53,268 nt of DNA from Circinaria calcarea (taxonomy: Eukaryota). Position numbers and translations under genes: made by a program. This document shows positions 12,945-23,485 of the stretch, in pieces; position 1 is the first letter of the stretch, and each line of letters starts with the position of its first letter. Location: the NCBI GenBank assembly GCA_051942165.1, contig JAVECS010000007.1, forward strand, positions 1-53,268. Reading direction: 5' to 3'. A model generated the notes under the pieces. The model saw only the letters and a program-made list of their open reading frames with translations, did not search any database and was not told where the DNA came from.

Positions 12945-13983
12945 CAGTGTCACGTAGGTAGGTTGGCTCTTTGCTAGAAAGTACCATAGCCCATAAGCGT
13001 TTCAAGATAATGGAACAAGCCCTTTTCATCTCTGCCGTGAGTGTCGAGTAGATCATGCTTGAAACAGCCAAGTGATGTAGATGCTTCATCTCAAAGGTTA
13101 TCCGCCGTCATGGAAAGGGCCGAGAATAAGAAATGTGACGTAACACCTCGATTCTGCTGTGTAATGTATTGGTAAATTACAGTCAGGTGACAAAACTAAT
13201 CTAGCGCTCCGGATTACGAATCTGACTGTTGGACGCATTCACATTTCTTTGATCTTCTTCACCATTTCCAACCTTTTCCCTTTCCAACTCCCTTCGCCTT
13301 CTTAACAGCGTCTTCCCACCCATCCGCATCATCTTGCTCTGTGCCTCCATCCATCGCTCACTACGTACCTTAGCCGACCGGAGTGAGCACCAAGTGCTGC
13401 AACAACACTACTTCGCGATCACCAAATTTCCGTTGTAAAACCACCAGTCGAATGCTCCTGGTCGGCTTGATTTGGTAGAGACGTTGAGTACACGAAAGGG
13501 CTGTGTTGGCATTGTCTTAGCTTGAGGGTCCATAAGTTTGGGAAATCTTAAGATTTTGACCAACCTCCTGTATTCACCACGTATTGCATGTACGCAAAAC
13601 AAAGTTCGAATTCTCTATTCAGCCATTCGGCGCCCTTCTCGTTGTGACCATAAGCGCAAGCTCAACAGCACAAACTGTGGCAGCAGATAGAAAACAAACC
13701 CAGACGATTTGATTGAACCTGCTGTGTTTTGATCTAAGTTCAACTGATTGTTCGCTTTGCTCTGTCGACGTTGAAACCCAGAGTTGGACAACTCAAAAGG
13801 CCACAGCATCGTATTAGGGTCCCTCCTAGCAATCGCAGTCGCCGAAAGTACTGCCATAGCGTCACGCAACAACTCCAGCGACATCTACGACTTAGTCACG
13901 GCAGTGCAAATAGTAAAGCCTATTGTGCAAGCTTGGATCCGTCTGCGTCTTGTTCCTGCTTACTGTCCAGATTGTCCCTTGCA

Positions 13984-16068
13984 ATGTCATCGTCAGTGTT
14001 CTTTAGGTTCAAGTCCCAGAAGGAGCCGTCTCGAGTTACTTTTGACGGCACAGGTATTTCGGTCTTTGAGCTGAAACGTGAAATAATTACACTCAGTCGA
14101 CTTGGCGACGGCACAGATTTCGAGCTCATAGTTACCTCCGAGGACAGCAGTGAAGGTAATCGCCTGTCCCCATATGACCTCGAATGTCCCTGCATTTACG
14201 CAGTACTAATATTTTGAGCAGTCTACGATGACGATACTACGATAATTCCTAGATCCACGACTGTAATTGCTAAGAGGCTGCCAGCCTTGAGAGCGGGACG
14301 AGGCGGCGCTGCTCGATATGTATCTGGTAAAATGCCGGTGAATGCTAAGAACTCGCATCGATTAGAGACTTCGTCATCCAGGACCCACAGCAGGAGTCAA
14401 CAGCTCAACAATTCTAACACGGTGTCTAACATCTCGGAGCTGAAGACGGAGGAGGAGAGGATTGCAGCCATGTTCAAATTAGGTGCCGACCATTGGGAGC
14501 AGCAACAGCAGGAGATGGCCAAGTAAGCCACTGCCCTTTCCCAATGCACTGCCTTTGCCGATAACCGATATGATTTCTAACGGAAACTTCTATTCCGGCT
14601 TTCTCGGGGGAAATTAGCTGACAAGTCTTTTCTAGTGCTACTCCTATTCACCGTGGTGGGATCATGAAAGGTAAACCAAAAGACGTTCCCGATCATCCAC
14701 CTCCCTCCGGATACGTATGCTATCGATGTGGAGAAAAAGGTGAGGTCGTGCAAATTCGGGTTGAGATCGTGTTGCTTACTCACTGTTACAGGGCATTGGA
14801 TCAATTCTTGCCCAACGAACGATGACCCTAAATTCGATAATCGTCCCCGCATAAAGCGAACAACCGGAATTCCCAAATCATTCTTAAAGACGGTCGAGAA
14901 ACCTACCTCCTTGCTCAATGATGGCACCTTCGATGACTCCAAGAAGCCTTCGGGTGTCATGGTCAATGCGGAAGGAGAATGGGTAATAGCCGAACCAGAT
15001 CAGGCAGCCTGGGAGCAATTTCAAAATAAGGCGAAGGTATCTGCTACTGCACAGGAGGCCGCAGCTCGTGGCAGTAGGGAGCTACAAGACAAGGGTCTGG
15101 AGTGTTCAATCGATAAACGGTTATTTGTAGAACCAACCAGAACCCCTTGCTGCAAATCTACGTATTGCAATGAGTGTATTACCAATGCATTGCTGGACAA
15201 TGATCTTCAATGTCCGGACTGTGGGGAGAACGTCCTGATTGATGACCTGATTCCGGACACCAATAAGATAGCTGAGATTCGAAGCTATGAAGAAGAGAAG
15301 AAGGCTACAAAGAGAGAGAATGAGATGACAAAGAGCCCCCTGGTCAAACAGGAAGCTTCCGTGGTGGACTGTGATGTGAAGCCACAATCGAAATCTCCAA
15401 GTGTAGTTCGGGAATCATCAAATTCGGCTTCTATTCCGATTACCAACGGCAGTCCAAAAAAACGTTCTGCTGAGACAGCACTCGAGAACAATCGTGTCCC
15501 ACCTGGACCGAACGGAGTACGTTCGATCGTCGAGTCGAATAAGGCTCCCCAGCAGACAGCTCCTCGTCAAGCAGCAATATTCCCAGCCGATTTCAACTTT
15601 CTCGCCCAGGTGCCATATTCAAATCCGGGGTTTATTCCTGGTATGACCGCACCTATGGGAGGTCCAATGAGTATAGGGCCCATGAACATGATGATGGCTG
15701 GGATGATGAACCCCATGATGATGCCAAATTTTGCTTTCACGAATGGAATGGGTAATTGGGGTGGTATGGATTCAACGGCCTTTGCTCAGTACAGTGGCAT
15801 GTCCGGAAACTATAATAATGGTTTGACACCAAATTATGGTTTCGCTCCGCCCCATGCACCTCCACCGACGGGAAACAGAAATATAGGAATGAACGGCGGA
15901 GGGCCGTTCAGTCGGGGCGGAGGTCCTTTCGCGAACCAGCAACGAACCACGTTCAGCTCCCATCAGCCAAGCCAAGAGGAAAGCCCATATTTCCGTATGC
16001 CCGTGAATCCACATCGTCATCAAGGGCGCCGGAACGTTAGTCGGCCTGCGGATTATCGCGAAATTTAA
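13984..16068 (+). CDS. MPE1: Cleavage/polyadenylation factor Mpe1 (RBBP6 family: DWNN, zinc knuckle, RING-like), 4 exons
   Basis: MSSSVFFRFKSQKEPSRVTFDGTGISVFELKREII (DWNN); CYRCGEK-GHWINSCP knuckle; RIKRTTGIPKSFL; C..TPCC..YC..CI..CPDC. Confidence 0.93.
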
Positions 16069-18239
16069 GCCGGTATTACTGGGTGAATTTGAAGTCGAGG
16101 GTTCAATGGTTCGAATGATTGATGAGCTACTTTGCGGGCGGGCATTTTTGGATTTGGGGAGTCATGGAACGGCGTTTGAAGAGGAGGATATCAAAGTGTA
16201 TCGGACGGAATACACACAGCCGCATGGTTCACTGCATGAATTTTTGTCACAGTCCACTTAAGCGCTGTCAACGTCAATGTTTTGTTGGAGTTTAAGGGAG
16301 GAAGATGGGCATGGTTCAAGAGAAAGGGAAAGAGGCAGGTTTCAATGGTTAGAGATGAGCATCAAAGCATGTTCTGGGTCATCGTGTATCTTTCAAGTAC
16401 GTTGGAGCGCAACGATTGCTGTCGTCTCTCGCCAGGTTGAAAATAGGAATCGGAGCATCTATGTCACATACGAACTGTATGATAACAGTGCTGTTTTGTT
16501 CCCACTAGGAAATACACGCATGAATTACAATCGCATTTTCAATTTTGCCGCCAAAGTACTTCGTACGTGTACTGTAATGATAAACCGTGACAATTGATTG
16601 GTTTTTCACGGGCACGGTACAAGGATTATAAATTACATCGTCACATGGTACCAAGCTGTCATTTTCAGTCTGCAGCTTCTCCGCCTCGACTTCCATTGTG
16701 CCTTTCATCCAGCTGTCCATTTGTAAGCCAAACCCTCACTTCGCTCTCTTCTAGACTCCAGATACTTGAAAGCGATGTCTCGCTCTCGCACTCGACCTTT
16801 TACTTGGTCAGGAATAATTGTGGTAGTCTTCTCGCAAGGACCAATTTCTGTAACATCACTAAAAATAGTAGTCGTGGTCAATCTACGATCGAGAGTTCGA
16901 ACAATATGGCTTAGCCGACAGTACTTGCTAGCTGCTACACAGCTGAAGCAGGTCTCGCCACTCTGATAGTCGTTCATTACTCTACTACGGCCTTTGGCAG
17001 TAAAATATCTCCTGGAGAAATGCGCCTCTGGAATGAATCTTGACGCTGATGCATAATGTAGTGGTACAGTGGTGTTTCCGAGATCAGCTCAGGAATAATT
17101 TTTCCACCTCGAGGTCCCCTTCTTGCCGCAAAAGCCGCCATGGATGAGAATTAGTTTTTTGACAGCGTGAGTACCAAGAAGCGGAGGGGCCTGTGTATGC
17201 CACCACGGAAGGGTGCGAGAGACTCCTCTGCGAGAAACTGAAAGCCATTTTCCTGGGTGAGAGCAATACTGCCAGGCAGGACTTGCTTGCGGTGGGTACG
17301 CATAACAGAGTGTATGCCGACCCCAGCTTGTTGAAGGAACGGATCGAGGTGTGAGACCATATGGGCGACATCATATTCAGAGGTTTTTTTGGTGAAAATT
17401 ACCTGATACGAAGCCTCTATGTTTCTTCGACTCCAGTGTTTTAGGAAAAGATCTTAAAATAGTGTACGTCGAACTGTTTTGTAAATTAAACTTATCTATG
17501 GCTGGATGAAACTCACATAATCGCAGCCGTTAGACTTATGGCACTGATCGACTGTGCCAATCAGATACTCGGCTTTCCGATGCGTTCGACTCGCAATCTG
17601 TGTCCAGCGAACCATTAACGCTTCCGAATTGGAAGGATTTATTCGGGACCTTGCGTGGGTAGGATTTGAGCTGGCGACCTTAGCTGCTTGGACTGGAGGT
17701 CTTTAGATAACCAACTCCAGATGGCTGGTGCCGGAAATGGAAATATGAGAGGAGTACTTGGCGACTATGTAAATTAGGGCTGTGGGTTGATTCATTTCCG
17801 TATCTCATTATCTTCTAAGTTTGAAAAGATTGTGTAAAAATCCTCTCGAATTCTCTTGTTTAGAACCTGTCGTATCTCATCATGGATGCTGTTGTTCTTG
17901 TAGCTATAGTTCATTTAAGCCTGGTCACCTTGATGCTGTATATCAGTCATTGGGCTTGAGCTCTCTACAGATGTACGTATCTATTCAATGACAGATCAAT
18001 AGCGAAGTATCCACAGAACCATACTGGGTAAAGGGGAAGGCACTTGAGTCATGTACCCCTACCTTTCGGATGCAAAAGGTCGCCCCTCGTCCATCAAAGC
18101 ATGTCTGGGGAATTTCTACCATCACATGATCCGACGTGAGAACCTCAGTTACCCGCTAACTCATTCGACTGCACTGTGATTCATAAGCACAGGGAGGTAA
18201 AGGCAACGGTCGGGATTGAAACCAGACAAGTCTGCTTTC

Positions 18240-19560
18240 TTATGCGGTATCACAGGTAGAGACAGACTTCCCACTCGCGACCGCCTTCCAAGTACAAGAC
18301 TTCAATTCATCCTCCGCACTCCTCCATGTTTCCGTCTGCTTGAAGATTGTGACGTTCGCATGCGGCGGCAGAGCATTCAATCCCGTCAGCTTGTCCCGCC
18401 TCCCTATTCCAGGCCTTGGCGAGATCGCCGGTGGCGGACTGAAGAAGGCTCTCCCCCCTCTTGGGGTCTGATATGGATGACCGATGCAGACGTTCATCAG
18501 TGTATTAACGGCCGTTCGGACTTGCTGCCATGTGAGCACTATCCGGACCGAGGCCGATATAGCTAAAAAGCAGGAACTCTGGTGCAGAAAAGTGGTGATA
18601 CCTGGACCGACCGTGAAAGAGTCGGATGGTGGACCTAGTAGGTTCCATTCGATATGCGTGCAATCTGTTTCCTTGGGCCTCCCCAGCCCCTCATCACATT
18701 CATATGTCATTTTGTCCGAGGCCGGGTCGATCAAAAAACCCCACCAGGGTGTATTACCTCCATGAGACATACTCGCAGCTTGGTTGCTCCAGTATATACT
18801 ACGTCCCGCATGAGTGTAATAACCTAGGCTATTCGGTACTGACGCTCTCTGTGCAGCATCCTCAAAGCCCTGGAGCGTCAACGGTATCAACGGATCATTA
18901 TCCCCCGGTGAGAATTTTCGGTTGATGCCGGGACCGGTGATGGTAAGGGTTGTGAACGCGCTGCTAAATGCTGTTGGTATCGTTGTTGCAGTCAGAACGA
19001 GCTTTTGGAGGATTGAAGCGGGTTAGGGAGAAGGGGGTGAGAATAAAATCGTTGGCAGAAAGGGGGCTTCCTTACGATAAGCGGCCGTCGGGGACGTCCT
19101 AAGTTGGACAATGTGATGGACGAGATTAATGAGAGAGTGAGTAACGAATCCTCCAATTCCACCGGACTCAGTCACGCATTTTTCGTTCACCCAGCCGGCC
19201 ATTCCATAAAACTCCCTCGGGGTAACGAGCATGGCCGGGGGAGGCGTACGCACGGCGGTCGCTGCCTCAATCGAAGGTCCCGCTACCTCAACTGAAATGA
19301 AGCAAGTCCCTGACAATCATGGTTTAGCCACGGTGTGCCACGATCAAGCCTACTTTTATATTTCACCGACCATGATTGAGAGATATGGGCAAGTTAAACC
19401 GTGCGCCAGGCACGTCCAGAAAATAAGGAACTGGGGATCCGCCTCTACTGGCGAGAGGGCTTGCTGCTGCAACGCAATCGGCTGGGCGGATGTTACGTCC
19501 ATAGAGCGGATCGCAGTAGTGGAAGTCTGGTCCAACGGGCCTGATTACCGGAAGAGCCAT
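18240..19560 (-). CDS. Uncharacterised Cys-patterned protein with two related domains, about 384 aa; exons 19560-19371, 19309-19076, 18970-18240
   Basis: Three ORF fragments join in frame through introns 19310-19370 and 18971-19075. TATATAA at 19626-19620 lies about 60 nt upstream of the ATG. Confidence 0.75.
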
Positions 19561-20457
19561 CTTTCGACCTTGCTGTTGTTGACAGAATCATCGCAAGAGC
19601 CATCCGAGGCTGCCCCTGCTTATATACAAGTGCTCTCACTGGGATACCAGTTACTTAGGAATCAACCCCGAGCCGAAGATCGTGGATAGATCTCCAGGTA
19701 CTAGCGCGACGGTGGAGGAGGCGCGTTAAAATAAACCTAAGACGCTCATATGGTTTCATTCACGTTCATTGTGTCACCAGTGGTGTGAAGTTGCGGGGAG
19801 ATGCCCGCTGGGCAATCTTGGAGCGATGGGGCTCAGTGTTGTGTCTACGCGGACTAATCGAAGTCGCTCTCCCAACGGGGGAGACGGGACGTTATTATCA
19901 TGTAAGGTTTCATTGAGTGACAAGTGTCCAAGAACATAAGAGTTCGGGCGATATCCGGAACCTCTTCCGGCGTAATGTGTTCATGCACACCGAAGAGTCA
20001 CGTCAATGACGTTCCCCCAGAAGGGCGGAATAACATACCCCCTAATGAACTGGGGTGGTGGAACACGTTACCGGGAATTGCAGACTCCGTACTCGGCTCA
20101 TCAAATGATCATGGACCCCGCGGCAGGTGACTGCAACCCACGAGGCATACGCGATCATGATTAGAGCCAAACTACCCTATCAGAGTAAAGAGTCATCCAC
20201 TGCGACTATATACATGGTCCACTGTTCTGCCGGATACGACAATCCGTTCCCCCCACTCGCTTGCATCTGCCCCTTGGTTGACGGCAGACTCGGAAGCTGG
20301 CTGCTTGGGTTCCTGAATACATATGACCCCCGGACGAGTACAAGAGGTATGGGGCTATCTCAACCTTTCGGGCAGGATTATGTGAACACGCCTTCGCTCC
20401 GCAAGCCCGTTGTCTGACCCAGCGACACTTGCCGTTTCCTTTGACCCAGAAGTCACC

Positions 20458-21204
20458 ATGTCATTCCTTGCTCGAGCGTCACCACCTTCAATCTTCCCCA
20501 TCTACCTACTTCCCTCCCTCCCATTCCGCCGGCGCAAGACCAGTAGCGACTCGACTATCAGTACATCCTCGACCCCGTCCGCCGATGACGCTCCTGCCCT
20601 CTCCTCGGATGACGATAAATACATCAACCTTCACTCGTCTTATCTTCGCTGTGTCCGCTGCGCAGCAGAACTCTGCCTCACCTCTCAGATCATCAGCAAA
20701 GGCTTCACAGGCCGCCATGGTCGCGCATACCTAGTCTCCGGACCAGGTCCCTCGTCGACTACCAATGACACCACTCCTTCCCTTCCTAACACCAACGTTC
20801 ACAAAGCAGTCCCCCGGCAGTTAGTGACCGGCCAACATCACGTCAGTGACATCAGCTGCAAATTTTGTGGCACCATGCTGGGCTGGAAATATGTAGCAGC
20901 CGAAGAAGAGGCGCAGAGATACAAGGTCGGCAAGTACATACTCGAGACGAAAAAGACCTGTTCGGTGACGTGTTGGGAAAACGAGGAGGCGGGGGAGGAG
21001 GAGGCGCTGGATGAGGGTAGAGGGGAGGCGGTCATGGATGTACCACCCGTGAAATTGGAAAGCTCTCAAACCCGCGAAGAGGAGGTTGAATTTGACAGCC
21101 AGGATGAGGATGAGTGTGAGGACCTTTTTACTGGTGTGTGGACCCCATCTTTGGCGACGAAGAGAAGGCAAGGGAGGAAATTTGAAAGAGACACTGAAAG
21201 GTAA
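20458..21204 (+). CDS. Yippee/Mis18 family zinc-binding protein (Moh1/YPEL-like)
   Basis: CVRC..IISKGFTGRHGRAYL..RQLVTGQH-x-V-x-DISCKFC..LGWKY..QRYKVGKYILE, followed by an acidic tail. Confidence 0.92.
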   Translation: MSFLARASPPSIFPIYLLPSLPFRRRKTSSDSTISTSSTPSADDAPALSSDDDKYINLHSSYLRCVRCAAELCLTSQIISKGFTGRHGRAYLVSGPGPSSTTNDTTPSLPNTNVHKAVPRQLVTGQHHVSDISCKFCGTMLGWKYVAAEEEAQRYKVGKYILETKKTCSVTCWENEEAGEEEALDEGRGEAVMDVPPVKLESSQTREEEVEFDSQDEDECEDLFTGVWTPSLATKRRQGRKFERDTER

Positions 21205-21730
21205 TATCGACGAAGGTAATACAGACTGTTGTACCGCTCTCTGCGGAGAAGTATTTGGGTGCGGGAGAAGGGATCTTGAAGTATCAGTTGCACAAAGCAT
21301 CTGACAGGTTGAGAGGGCTAATGTTTAAAGATGAATGATATTTGGATGATTTATGCCCGGTGTTTTAGCATGGCTCGGAATTGGAACGATACCCCTAACG
21401 CAACAACGAGGAGATGAGTATAATCCTTGGGGAAGACGAATTAGTTTTGTCATGCATAATTTCCTCGCTTCGGTGACATGACTGTTCCGTCGGACTTGTT
21501 GTAACATCGTCCTCGCATCATCAACAAACCTAGAATTTTTCGGTACTGGAGCCCATTGTTAGGCAAACGAAACACGTCCCATTCCGACCTTGAAGCTTCT
21601 ACCACAGTTGGTGGTATCATCCACAACGCCAGATAGCCCCTCCAACCCGTGTACCGGAAGCTCATGCGCCCATTTGCTTGAAGAGCGCCAGATCTAGTCA
21701 CATCCTTTCCACATAGCATAAGTTAGGTAA

Positions 21731-23221
21731 TCAATCTTCATCTCCCACCTTGGTTCGTTTCGCGATACCTCGGTCCTCGACAGCGTCAGCAAAATCCATC
21801 CTACGCTTCCCATTGGCCCTTAGATGCTCATCCGAGGAAACATTGGTTGTTTCGCCTTGAGCGACCCTTTTCCTCTTGACTAGTTTTGTCAGATCATTCG
21901 CGTCCTTGGATGCCTCTGTTAACCTGTGTTTTTGTTCCTCGGGGGATTCTCCTAGGATAGACCCAAGTATCCCAGTCAAAGGGTTAGTGCCGTCAGCCGT
22001 CCCCGTTGCTGTGGGATTGTTGATAGAGACTGGAGGTTCGCGGAGTTCTGCAAGCTGAATTCACATTAGCGTTCCACTGGTTTGTTTACGAAAAAAACCA
22101 GTTACCCGTTGCTCCATATCTTTGACTATCTCTTTGACATCATCGATGCTTTCTCTTGTCACTTTCGACATCTTAGATTCACCATTGGTTATCGGCGCAC
22201 CGATTAAAATTGCCTCCTCTTGTTCTATCCGGAGCTTGCAGCTTGCAATAGCCGCCTCCATCTCCACAGCGGCCTCCTCTCGCATGACTTCATCAACATG
22301 AGATTGCTTCCCTGCCTCAGTCTCCCCATTGTCGTCCTTCTGCTGAGTGACAGACGAGAACTCCAAAGCCAAGGATAACTTGAAATGCGCCTCTGCCAGG
22401 ATGCTAGAATACCTAGGGAACAGCTCCTTCTTTAAAGCTAGCGCTGCTCGAAGGTCTATGACAGCGCTGGGAAACCGCTCGCCCTCGAGTGATATTTCTG
22501 CTTGTAGATCGTGCGTATCTGCTAATCGCTCCTTAACTTGTCTGGTAGGTCCTAAATCTTCGTGTGATTCGCCTTTCCCCTCGCTCTCTTGTAGTTCTTC
22601 GAGCCTCCGCTGTAACAGTATTCGCGCCAGATCGAGCACCTCGTATGCGTTAGAGAAATCGTCTTCTTCTGCATCCTCGTCCTCCCCGGCTTCTGCTGCC
22701 TCAAGTTCGCTCGAGTCATCTGATTCATCAAAGTTCTCATCACCAGTGAACTGGAAGTATGGCTTGCCCTCTACCGGCTGGTCTTTCTCGTTTGGCCACA
22801 ACCCATCCTTTTCTTCAACTATCTGCGTCACTATCTCTTCCGTTACCTTCTGCTGCAGTGTATCGGGGCCGTTTGTTGCACCCGTTCCACTCATTCTCCT
22901 TCGCTTCGCCGCATTCTTTTGGCTGTCATCGCGCCTCTCGCCCGCCACCTTGGAACCAAGTACGTCGCTGTTACTGACTGCGACGTGGTACAAACATCGT
23001 CCGTAGGCATATAACAAATGCGCATTTTTCGGGGACATTTCTCCATTGATCGCAGCCTGTAGTTCCGTCGCGCGGGAGTAGAGTTCCGCTGCCGAGTCAT
23101 AATCTTTGATGGCATATCTGGCTGCAGCTTGTGCTGTAAGGTCATCCAAACAAGATGTCGAGTCGCTGTCGGCGAGAGAGTCGAGTTCTGCAACGGGCTG
23201 AGGATTTACCTGTTGAGCCAT
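21731..23221 (-). CDS. NASP/Sim3/Hif1-family SHNi-TPR histone chaperone, 2 exons (intron 22055-22105)
   Basis: TPR motifs AAELYSRATEL..LLYAYGRCLY; acidic insertion; DFSNAYEVLDLAR; LADTHDLQAEISLEGERF; AEAHFKLSLALE; C-terminal NDLTKLVKRKR NLS. Confidence 0.9.
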
Positions 23222-23485
23222 GGCTAAGCCGGCGCAAGTTGATAGTAGATGAAGGTCAAAATGCTCTGGGGGTGTAGGTGAAGACTAGGTATACGTATCC
23301 GGTAGTTGAGCTGGTTGACGCCCTCCGAGTGTCTAATTCACATGTCAGGAAACGTGGAACTCTCCCGCGCGGCACAAGCGCGTCAAGTCACGTCTTCTTG
23401 AACCTACCTATGTAGCTTTTCTATGGAGTATATATCCCTTATTACCGGCGAATATGTCTTCTAATTGACCACCATTACTAACACG

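Noticed and set aside
22347..23006. 219-aa plus-strand ORF and similar antisense ORFs (e.g. 34085-34669, 20821-21300, 42245-42631)
   Set aside because: They are shadows on the opposite strand of well-supported genes.
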